Below, one piece after another: positions 24,783-35,700 of a stretch of 64,000 nucleotides of DNA. Position numbers and translations under genes: made by a program. The DNA is from Phallusia mammillata (taxonomy: Eukaryota), in contig OZ281495.1 in the NCBI GenBank assembly GCA_965637545.1, positions 12,958,001-13,022,000 of the forward strand, given 5' to 3'. The first letter of the stretch is position 1, and each line of letters opens with the position of its first letter. The notes beneath the pieces were generated by a model. It did no database searches, was not told where the DNA came from, and saw nothing but the letters and a program-made list of their open reading frames with translations.

Positions 24783-26731
24783 ATGTTACAAACCGAAGTT
24801 GGTCCAGTCGGAAAAGAAAGGCTTCGTGCTCTTTACCAGCAACAATTAAACCAGGAATACTGTGATATTGTGGTAAAGGTTGGAAAACAAAAATTTCATG
24901 CACATTCCTGTATTTTGGCTGCAGCCTCCCCAAAGCTGCATAATTTAATACAAAAAGGCTCAAAACAGACAAGAGCCAAGTCTACCAACCCAGCAAAGGA
25001 AATATGTTTAAAAATGTTTACACCAACAAGTTTTCTTCATTTGATTCCCTACTTTTATCTTGGTGCAATTGAATACAGTGGCTTATCTATGGATGACTTG
25101 CAATCCATCATGAAAAGTGCTAAATGGTGCAATTTTGATGAGGTCAGTTATTGAATCAATACACATTTAAATTATTTTTGTTTTTTGTAACACCAGAATA
25201 TGTTAATGCAAGAATTCCTTGTACTTTTGACAGATTGTTTCTGAATGCAACAACTTGATTGAAAAGGAAACTAACACGGAGTCTATTAAAGATACACCAA
25301 AACAAAGCAGTGCATCCGAAATTACTGAAATCCTGTTAAAATGTGAATTTTGCGAAAGAAAGTTCAAAATGTCGGACTTATCATTATTTACTGACCATGT
25401 TGCTTCACATAACAACAAAACGACTGCCAGTCCACAGAAAGAAATTCAACTACCAGACAAAGAGACAAGTAAAACACAGTCAACAGAGTCAAACAGTAAA
25501 ACCTCACCTCAAAACAAATCAAAGGGGATCATTCATTCCATTCTTGAAAATGCAAGTTCCGATTTGCAAACTGTAGTCTTGCAATATTCACCTACACCGT
25601 CTGATCATGGGTGTGTATATTTGTTCAAAGTTTGGCCAAAAGCAACATATTTAATGTTTTATAATACTAAGGTAATACAGGTGTTTGGAATTAATAAGAT
25701 AACATGAATTGGGAACATACAAATCTTCAAAGAGTGAATAGGTTTTGCTAGATTGACCTTCTTTTGACATACATTATAATAGTTGTAGTTTGATGGTTGT
25801 GCATAAACTGCAACCCTTTTAGGTCCGAATATTCCAATGAGGATGAAATGTCTCCTGATGACAGTTGCAGTGTTAGTGGTATTTCTATCGTGTGCGAGTT
25901 TGATGATGACAGTGTGGACGCAGATAAAATCTCTAGGCGCAAACCAAGAAAGTCAAAGCCCCAAAAACTACCACGCAAGAAAACAAAAAAAATAACCAAC
26001 ATGCAGGGCAAAACTTGGTCTTGTCTTCTATGTCCAGATGAGTTGTTTTATAGGAAGAGGGATCAGGTCCTTCATGTAAGGCAAAATCATGGAGTGATCA
26101 AGCGGTTTTCATGTGACCATTGTGGCAAAGATTTTACAGTAAGTGTCTATTTTATTAGGTACCTCGAAAACAAGTTTTTTGTTTTTCCCCCCACAAACTT
26201 TGCCTTTCCAAAAACATTCTAAACATACAACTCATTTAGGCTGCAAGTCTGCTTAAAGCACATCTTCGCACTCACAGTCAAGAAAGAACAGATGTCTGTG
26301 TTGAATGTGGAAAGTGTTTTGCTGATAAAAAGAATTTGAAAGACCATTTACGTAAACATACTGGAGAAAAACCTTACCTCTGCACAGAATGCGGAAAGTC
26401 ATTTACATTCAGGTCAATGTTCAATTTGGATCTTTGATAGTTGTTGTACTGTTGTATAAATAATGTAGTACCACTGTTTATTTCACCGAACAACAAAACA
26501 ATTTTTCCATGCAGGCAGTCATTATATCGGCACATGAAATTTCATGAAGGGGAGAAACCACACACTTGTGAAATATGTGGAAAAGCTTTTGTGCTAAAAC
26601 ATAACTTGAAAGAACACCTCGATCGACATGAAAAGCACAACACTATAACATGCAAGCAATGTCAAGTCACTTTGCCCACTAAGGAAGATGCTGTTGCTCA
26701 CTTAAAGACTTGCAGAATGTACATGCCATAA
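24783..26731 (+). CDS. BTB/POZ and C2H2 zinc-finger protein (ZBTB-like), 5 exons (24783-25142, 25234-25610, 25823-26138, 26240-26412, 26515-26731)
   Basis: BTB motif [25 protein letters not shown]; several C2H2 fingers with an HTGEKPY linker; splice phases consistent. Orthology not assignable. Confidence 0.9.
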
Positions 26732-27005
26732 TGACTTCAACCCAGCCATTTCCCTTCATGCTTTTTAATTGCCGTTTTTAGTATGTATTAAACTACAAAA
26801 ACTGCACTTTTGTTGTATCATTAGTTGATCCATAATTGGTTAGAAGTTCCTCAATAGAAGAGACTTAGTGCCTTATTCGTTTCGCTCATGCTGCATTTCC
26901 TACAACTTGATACATGAAGATATAAATGTTTAATTGGAACAATTTATTGCAAAGATACTGCTAGATTTTCATATGTAGGTAAGGGCAGTTTGACATTAAA
27001 AAAGT

Positions 27006-27761
27006 TTACAGCATTTCCTCTTTTTCTTCCACCTCTTTCAAATTCAGCACTTCAACTTTTCCTTTGCCACGAGTTTCTTTACTTACCACTTCATCAATTT
27101 GGCGATAACAGCCCGGATCCACTAAGCAAACCATTTCAAGTCCGGAGGAAAACTCTTCATTTTCTACGGTTTTAATTAAAGTCTTCAGTTTTTCTTTGGT
27201 CTTTTTTGAATCTTTGCCAGGAAGGAAAAACCTTAACCTCATTTCAGCACGATTAATGGGAATTTTTTCCTTTAACATTTTAATAACTTGCAATGCTTGC
27301 TGCTTTGCATTGCGGTTAGGGTTTACTGAGTAATGGATGTCCTCTTTCATGGTCCTTTCAATAACGGTTACCGTGTAGGGACGTTTTGTGTCTGGATTAA
27401 CACATTTATCAGCGACAATGGTGGCAATATCACGAAACATGGATTCCAACTGGTCATTTCGTTCCTTCTCGGAAACTTGCAGTTCCCCCTTAGCTAAAAT
27501 TGCCACACATACTTCAGTTTGGTTTTCCGTGCCAAATGCGCTCATCATATCCTGCTTTTTTGCCATTTGGCCTTTGGAAACATTTGTGAAAACGTTGTGC
27601 GTTTGCAAGACTTCGTCGATGTCTTTTTCGGTTTTGTTACGCCATGACATTACTTTGTTTTTGTAACATGCAATTTCAAAACGTTTACCTCCCTTTTTCA
27701 TCCGCACAATTGCGACGTTCGTCAAACGAACTTGATTAGTTGGAGTAAATATCAATGCCAT
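27006..27761 (-). CDS. SBDS: Ribosome maturation protein SBDS, intronless, 251 aa
   Basis: [37 protein letters not shown]...[13 protein letters not shown] is the SBDS signature; single uninterrupted ORF. Confidence 0.97.
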   Translation of the reverse strand: MALIFTPTNQVRLTNVAIVRMKKGGKRFEIACYKNKVMSWRNKTEKDIDEVLQTHNVFTNVSKGQMAKKQDMMSAFGTENQTEVCVAILAKGELQVSEKERNDQLESMFRDIATIVADKCVNPDTKRPYTVTVIERTMKEDIHYSVNPNRNAKQQALQVIKMLKEKIPINRAEMRLRFFLPGKDSKKTKEKLKTLIKTVENEEFSSGLEMVCLVDPGCYRQIDEVVSKETRGKGKVEVLNLKEVEEKEEML

Positions 27762-28500
27762 GTCCAGTTTTCACATTTCCAGAAACAAAACAGTCAATTC
27801 TAGCAATTGCACGCCTCGATGAAACAAAACAACGTGAGAGAATAAGTTTTTTCCTCGCCAGTACAGTTTTGTTTAGGTAAAGAATTTGGGAATCCCAAGT
27901 TTTAAATTACACAAAAATCAAGAAGCACAGCCAATATTGAAATAATCACTTCAAAGCAGTGAAATAAGACATTTTTTTGCTACGCGTGTCGGTTTATTCC
28001 GCATAATTTGCTGCGGACTGCTGAGATGATTAAATAGCTTTACAAAGTATCGTTGTTCTTGTTTTCGAATTTCGACAAAAAACTTTTTTATATCACAAGT
28101 AGTAAAATTAAGCAACGGTATTAGATACAAGTACACTTCGGTGGGCTTTAAACTTGTACCAACTTAGTAAAGATTAAGTTTCGGTACGTGACAGGACTGC
28201 GCTGCGCCGGATAAGAGGGAATTGTTGCACAACAAATAATGGTAAAAACCGGAACGACAGCTGCAGCAGTTGGAGACATTTTGGTGACAGCTAAAAAAGG
28301 GCATGTCGTGCTAATGTGATTGCGAATATACAAGCAATTTAGTCCAATTTTAATCTTGTTCAGGTTTTGTGTCTTAGTTTGAAACGGCAGGGAATATTAT
28401 ATTGGAGATGTATCAATATCAATGCCTGTTGTTTCAAACTCGATTTTTTTTTTTAGTCACAAGTAATTACATAATTGACTTATGCTGTGATTTGGTCTAG
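27762..28500. promoter_or_regulatory. Probable bidirectional promoter region of SBDS and HSF1
   Basis: About 750 bp between divergent start codons; CpG-rich compared with the CpG-poor HSF1 body. Position-based inference. Confidence 0.5.
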
Positions 28501-28508
28501 AAATTACA

Positions 28509-30028
28509 ATGTCGACTCATACTGACAAAATGGAAATGAAAGTAAGTGACTAGTTAATAATTTCTGATATTGTTAGTGTATAGTTATAGTTAAACATGTG
28601 ATTTGAATTTTACAGATACCATCAATGCCAATTGCAAACTTGTCAGGATATGCAAACATGACTCCTACATTTCTTCTGAAATTGGTCAATTTGTTACAAG
28701 AACCAGAGTTTAACAAATATGTGTCCTGGAGTGAGGATGGACAGTCATTCATAGTGCGAGATCAAGCTGGATTTTCAAAACATGTTCTCCCAAAGTATTT
28801 TAAGCACAACAAATTTGCAAGCTTTGTTAGACAACTAAACATGTATGGCTTTCGGAAAGTTACCACTATTCAACAAGGTAGCTTGGACCTTCAGCAGGAA
28901 TCAATTGAGTTTCTACATCCATTCTTTAAAAGGGATGAAGAAGGACTACTACAGTACATCAAGCGAAAGGTTACACAAACTAACAAGACTGAAGAACTGA
29001 CAACAGTGCTTGATGACATGCATGACATCAAAAGCACACAATCAAATATTTCTGTACAGCTTTCAGAGCTTAAACGCGAAAACGAGGACCTATGGAGAGA
29101 GGTTGTGGCTCTAAGACAAAAGCATGCACACCAGCAAAAGGTGGTAAACCGGCTGATCCAGTTTCTAGTCAGTCTGGTTAAGCACCATGGTGGAGTTGGT
29201 ATGAAAAGACCTTTACAGTTAATGATAGAAGCTGGAAGCGCTGATGAAGCCCCATTCCCGAAATTGTCAAGAACTGAGGAGGTTAATGATAACGCACTGG
29301 AACAAAATATTGCTTCGAATGTTGGATCAACATCTGAAGGACCTCTTATTACAGAACTTTTGTCAAACAAGCCAACAGCCTCAAAATCAGCTGGAACAGT
29401 TGAAAACTTTATCACCACTGACCAAACATATTCCACTGGTGCTGCCAGCAAACAGGACATGCCAAATTATATATCCAGTCCTGCAGATGCTTTTAGTCCA
29501 GATGCAAATGTAAACAGTGAAAACATTGACCAATTGGATACAAATTTGTCTGATAACTTTCTACCCACCAGTTCTTTTGCAACTAGTGCAGAAGACACAG
29601 ACTCTCACACCGTAGATGATTTGTTGAAAGGCATTGTAGGTCCGGATGACAACTTGCCATCCCAAGAATCACAAAACCTTTTATCGACGCCAAACTCAAA
29701 TCAGCTTGCATTATCAACTACAAGCCCACCACAAAAAATCCATTCAAACATTGATTTAATTGAGAATAATCTACACAGCATTAAGCGCAGACTTTCCAAC
29801 AATCAACAAGTGAAGCTGGACTATGATTTGATCCAGGAACTGTTTAACAACTCTGTTGATATAACACCTTCCCCAAATGTGTTTGAACCCTCAGTACCTG
29901 CTGAACCAAGTGGCAATGAGCTGGTTCAATATACAGGCAACGAGTTTCTTCCTGCTGGTAGTGCTACTAATGATGATGATATTACTGTTGAAAACCTGGA
30001 TGATTTCCTTTCTCTTTTGGAGGAGTAA
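28509..30028 (+). CDS. HSF1: Heat shock transcription factor; micro-exon 28509-28541 plus exon 28616-30028
   Basis: DNA-binding domain PTFLLKL...LPKYFKHNKFASFVRQLNMYGFRKV; HR-A/B LKRENEDLWREV...QQKVVNRLIQFL; HR-C-like IHSNIDLIENNLHSIK; in-frame phase-0 intron 28542-28615. Confidence 0.93.
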
Positions 30029-30368
30029 AGAGAGCGAGTATGAGACTTGTTTAAACAGACTTGTAGACTTAAAAACAGACTTGTTTTTTTGGATGTGTTC
30101 AGCAAGTTTCTGCACCAATTTGAGTTTGTTTCATTTTAAGTGCACAATTTATCTTTTACACTGATGTTGTTACATTTCCTTGTGCCATGATGGTCACAGT
30201 AATTGTGTGCAAAAGTAATTTTATATGTTAGTCGATTGGCAAGCGTGTTTGACCTAATGTACAGATTTCACCGTCCTAAACACGAAGTGAACTAACTTAT
30301 GTATTTTCAAAGTAACAGAAATATAGACCAAAATCAAAATAAACGTGCAACAAACCCAAGGAGAATAA

Positions 30369-31888
30369 TTACAGCTGATATACGTTCATGTATACTTCCC
30401 TAAACCGAACTTTATCGGCGTCACCACATATAAAATCGGCTTTGCCGTCGCCATTCATATCTGCGATGGTTGCAACGTCTTGGTTGACGCACGTGGGGAT
30501 TTTACCACTCCACTCCAGCTGGTTTGGAAAGCGACCATCAATCAGCAGGGTGACTTCCACAGTCCTGCAATGGACGTTTTGGTGACACATTTGCTTTGTG
30601 TGTTAGTTTACGTCGTTTTGTGCTTGTTTTTGTACAGGTTGTTACTGTTCCATAAGTGCCGCTGCGGCTACAAATTACGGTTTCGTTAAACAAGAAGAAA
30701 CTACTCGTTTCATTTCATGTGATGTTGGCTGTACACAACCTCGGTTCAAAATATGGCTGTTGCTGTTTTTTCTACTGTTTGTGCAGGTTTTTTGACTTAC
30801 ATATAACTGGCAAGTCAACGTAAAGGGCTAAATTTCAGTCTCATTGTTCAGGTCTGTAAAAACGCTACCCTTGCATTAAACTGCAATTTTGTGTGGTTGC
30901 TGTTTGACTATGTGACATATATTAAAAATAGCGTACTTACCCATCTTTTTTACGGCATATAAGATCGTCGTATCCGTCCCCATTTACATCACCAACCAAC
31001 CTTTGGCCTGGTGAGTTGACCAAAACACAAAACTGGGTTTGACCTTCCCAATCCAATCGTTTAAAGTTTCCGTCGTAGGAAGCAAGGTACAGTCGTCTGG
31101 TAAAACGTGAAACAGGTCTTACGGCGTGTGTGTCACATGTTTGGCCTTTATACTAAAATTCATATTCAACTCATCAATCAGTGTTGTCACAAAAAGTGTG
31201 AACTTTACAATGTTTTCAATAGTAATCACTTAAATGGGACATATTTTATTCGTCTTGCAAACAAACACCAGGCACAAGGGACACATCAGCTTAAACATGC
31301 TACTTTTTGAATAAATTGTGTATGCTGGCTATTTTTGGTAATCTCGGGAGCAATTAATTTGCCACAGGGGACACTGAAATAAGGCTATGTACTGTATAAC
31401 AGCGGGCAATACCTTTCAAATACAACAGTAGCTAGCTTATTACGCTTACACATAAAAAACGTGATGGACGCTGGGCCCCGGGATTTTTTTACATCGTACT
31501 GTAGTGTTTCAGGTTTCAATTGTATAGTACATAATTTATGCCTGTCGATAAGTATGTTTCAAAATTTGCACCCTCTAGCAATTTGTTTTGCCGGTTCCTG
31601 ATGGCAACTTTCTCGTAAATTTGGTTAACGTCTGCCCACTTTGAGACACCGAGTTCGTATGTACGGTGTAATCTCAATTGGCACTTACATCCAACCGTCC
31701 GGGTAAACGCATATGATGTCATCTCTTCGATCGCCGTTGAATTTTCCACTTAAGATTTCTCCGTTCATACACAACCAGTTGCTAGGGTACTTGGTGTCTC
31801 CAAACATTCCCGTGCTTCGACCCGAAACTGTGAAATCAACGATCAATGTTGAGCATTGAGCACGAAATTCTGCTAGTTTGGTCCAGCC
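30369..31888 (-). CDS. Three exons (31888-31689, 31096-30941, 30564-30369), each encoding an FG-GAP/VCBS-like repeat
   Basis: GKFNGDRRDDIIC, GDVNGDGYDDLIC and ADMNGDGKADFIC; phase-2 junctions join in frame; stop at 30369. The join to the upstream astacin-like exons is unresolved. Confidence 0.75.
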
Positions 31889-32711
31889 CTAACAGTTCGT
31901 TTTCAACATCTTATGTAAATAATTGATTTAGGGATTTTAGGCAAAAATAAGCAAGCTGTTGCTGCCTGATATATAATGTAGAAAATTTTTTTTATGATGG
32001 GTGGAAGGTCATTTCGACGTTGGTTGTTTATAATAAAACTGCTGGATGAGCAATATCTGTTTATCAATGTAAAAGTTGGTTGCAGGATCTGATGCAAAAA
32101 TAGCATGGCTAAGTATTATTTACCAAGAGTTGGATGGTGTTTTATTGGAACTTTAGTTAAGGACAACAACAAAAATCTACAAGTGTCATCCAGCTTAACA
32201 CGGAGTTTGTAAAATCTATTATCATGTGGTGTCGCCGGGTATTTTTAGGCTAAAAATAATTTTGATGTTAATGTTGCTTAAATTATTTAAGGCAAAATAA
32301 CATTAGTCGAAGACGCGCTTTGTATGTACGATCAATTATTAATTATACTCCAATTCTATAAACGATCATCCTGAGATTCCTGACAGCTACTGTATGCAAG
32401 TGCAGTTATTAAATTACAGTGAAGTGGTGTTATATAAGTCAGTGGTGAAAGTAACCTTTTTTTCCAAAACGAAGTTCCACAAGAGTTGTAAGGCGATAAC
32501 AAGTAGCCTTATACCGGATATATCACAAATCTATACATAAAATCCCTGCATCTTCTTATTCAAGTAAGTTCTATACAATATTTTGTCCCAGTAATGCTTT
32601 TTGTGTTACTTACAAGCGTTCAACTTGTTGTTTTTATACTTGTGACTTCAGGATAAATAGGATTGTTCTGGAAAGAAAATTACTCTCTTCACTGGTCATA
32701 GTTATACTGAC

Positions 32712-35700
32712 CTTTGGCACGTCCACTTGGGTCATCTGCACATTTTATGTGGGTTTCATCATATTCCATACTATCGCCAGGACATCCAACAGAGTTTCGT
32801 CCCTTGCTGTTTACACATTTGCGGTATCGTATGCATTTCTTATTGTTTTCTTTCAGCATCCATGCTCCCCACGGCGACCATGTCACATTCACTGAGCGAG
32901 GGGTAAAGATGTGCAAATTGGACCACATGAAGCAATTTGAAACTTTGTTACTCGCAACCATAGGCGTCGATTTTTTAATTGTTTGCAAATTTTTTAGGGG
33001 TCAACCGCCAATTAAAAATATTTAGGCACCTAGTTAATGTTAGAAACGGCCCAAATAGTGGTTATATGTCATTCAAAGCATTTTAGTGCAGAGTTGCAAG
33101 CGGGCCCGAAATCTGAGCCCGAACCCGGCCCGAACCCGAAAGTATAAGCCCGAAGCCCGACCCGAACCCGAAACGTTTTTGAGAAGCCCGTTTAGGCCCG
33201 AAATTTTGATTGACAGGTCTATCCACGAAAGCCTTGCAACAAAGTATGAGAAAGAAAAAAAGAGAAAAGACAACAAACACAATGAACAATAGTAGACAAT
33301 GGGGTAAACAATACGTTTTAGACCAGGGTGGGCATTCGATCAAAGCGAGAGAATTGTTACTAAAAAATGACGGAAACGGAACGTAAAGTCAGGCCCGTTT
33401 TGAGCCCGTTTTCTGACAAATACCTAAGCCCGAACCCGGCCCGAACCCGGCCCGAACCCGGCCCGAACCCGAACCCGGCCCGAAAAGCCCGGCCCGACTT
33501 GCAACTCTGTTTTAGTGATCACTTAAAAACTCAGTACCAAACAAATTCTATAATGTAGGCTAAATAGCATATAGCTTCTAGGCCAAGCACGGATCCCCTT
33601 GTTGTCGTCTGGCCCATATCCTAAAACCCAAACAATTCGCATAATTTAACACAAATCTTATTACATAAACTCACGTCCATATCCCTCGCATTGGTATCGG
33701 CGATTAATAAGAACTTTGTCAGTTTCTTGCAAACCCGTAAAGAAATCATCTGGATTTTCGCCCCTGATTTTGAGGCCGCTTTTTCCTGATATTGTTGCCA
33801 CATCTTCTTTATTTGAAAAGGCGTTAAAGGCGAAATGCATGATCGATTTGGTGTTGTATTCAACCTCTAGGTCTAAAGCCTCTGCTGGACTCAGTTTGGT
33901 AAAAGCTCCTTCATAACCTGAGAATGATAGAAAACGGTCGATGGATATTAAAGCATAGTTGCTTGGTCACACTTCCCAGTAGACATTTAAACGCTTTTTG
34001 ACCACAAAATAGCCTTAACGTTTAATATGACGTGTCAGCGGCACAAAACTTCAAGTAGGTATTTCTTGTTTTAAAAATGCGTTCGGTTAGTATCATCTTT
34101 TTATAGCTGCTTGGACCTGTACCTGTTTGGCAATGTTAAATGTAAATGTGCCATAGGAATTTTGTATTTAACAGGACTTGTGCCACATAGACTTTGGCAA
34201 ACTAATTTGCAATTGATATTATTCAACAGGTGAAAAAACACCATTTAAAATAGTTTTTTCAAGCCTATTCGGTGGCAATTATGTCAATTTCGTTGTGAAA
34301 GCTTACCGGGTTGAATGTTGTTTTCGTGGATGGTGATGTAAGTGTCCCGATCTGGTCTGGTGTGCTCGTGGTGGAATCCCAACACATGCATTACAAGATG
34401 TTGGATAGCTGGTGCTCCCGTGCAAAGTTCCTCATTAATGTTGAGTACGTTTGTATCTGGGTTGCGGCCAAACGATGCGCTAAAATACAAACGTTAGGAT
34501 TAGACGCTTCACAGCAGTGGTTCTCATCTAGCTTTAGGCAAACGTGATCCAACTGCAGGCACAATATTTTTGTTGGCCCGCGAAAGACCAACGTTTGATT
34601 GACAACAATAAATTTTGTTTTCAATGTTTTAAAATGTGAGGATGAAATGATACGAAATACTGCAAAATCTCCTATTGCGACCCATGACAAGGCATTTTAT
34701 GTGTAGTAAAGGGTTCAGTGCTAGTATATACTAGATGTCTTTACTTCCACTATGTTCAATTGAAAACTTGAAACAGTAATGTGTCGCGAACTAAGAACCG
34801 AGCATCGTCATATGGTATTCGGTGGTACTGGGTATCGACGTTTGACAAATCTGCTGAACATAACATAACGATGGACAACGTTTAAGCAACGACTAGACAA
34901 CCGTTAATAATTTCTTGTCACAACTAGCTTTTGCATTGGTCAGAATCGGTAACATTTTGACATAACCCGTTCTTAGTCATTTTGCATCCAGAGCACAAAG
35001 AAGTAGCTTTTGTACTTGTTTTTTCTGACCACACGTTTTTACATAAGCTAATGTTAAGATAGCCTTAAAATATACGAATCCCGAGAGTTATCAACCGACC
35101 TGCATTTTGATGCGTTCTGTATGAGAATATGCTGCTCCTCGAACGTAACATCCACAAAGTCTAGGCAAGTTTCACGTGAAAACTCTGCCAATGCGCTTCG
35201 TACAAGTAGTTTAGAATCGTTGCCTGTCAAATAACAACGCGTTAGTGGATTTGTCATGCAAAGTTTACAGTTTTTTTACCAAATGTTGTAGCGAAGCGGA
35301 TGGGAATTCTGTGTCTCATTCCAATCTTGTTTTGATCCCAAATCTTATGAACTTCGAGCGTCTCAAGAACTTCAATGGAGTCTGATGTTCCATCAAACAT
35401 CTATAAATATAAAGACAAGTAGCAGAAGTGCTGTAGGCTGTAATTGGGTTGAAACAGTGCAGAAAAGCGTTTTCTTGTCCCAAACCAGTGTTTCCCAAAG
35501 TAAAGTGCGTGATACAAACGGGACTAGGATATTTTTTTTCGGGAGGACTAGCTCTCAACCATTGTTGTGATTTGCCCATCTCGTTTTTCTCTTATATAGG
35601 TAGTGGGAATTTTAGACTTTTTGAGCGGAAACGAAGCCAAATTCTTTTTTTTTAAATAACGTTTTTATATTACTAGATGAGGGACAAGAAGGATTTATTA

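Noticed and set aside
27762-28500. Heat-shock elements for HSF1 autoregulation
   Set aside because: Only a two-unit TTCnnGAA near 27777 was seen; this is expected by chance.
29241-29270. CTGATGA...GAAA inside HSF1
   Set aside because: No stem II or stem I pairing; it lies in coding sequence. Similar partial hits near 670, 6100 and 12340 also lack stems.
28891-29460. 189-aa antisense ORF over HSF1, and other antisense ORFs over GNPDA, MRPL20, SBDS and PAM exons
   Set aside because: Typical shadows of real coding strands with no motifs of their own.
33083-33558. ORFs with PNPARTR/PEP repeats
   Set aside because: They derive from the MITE's GCCCGAACCCG subterminal repeats.
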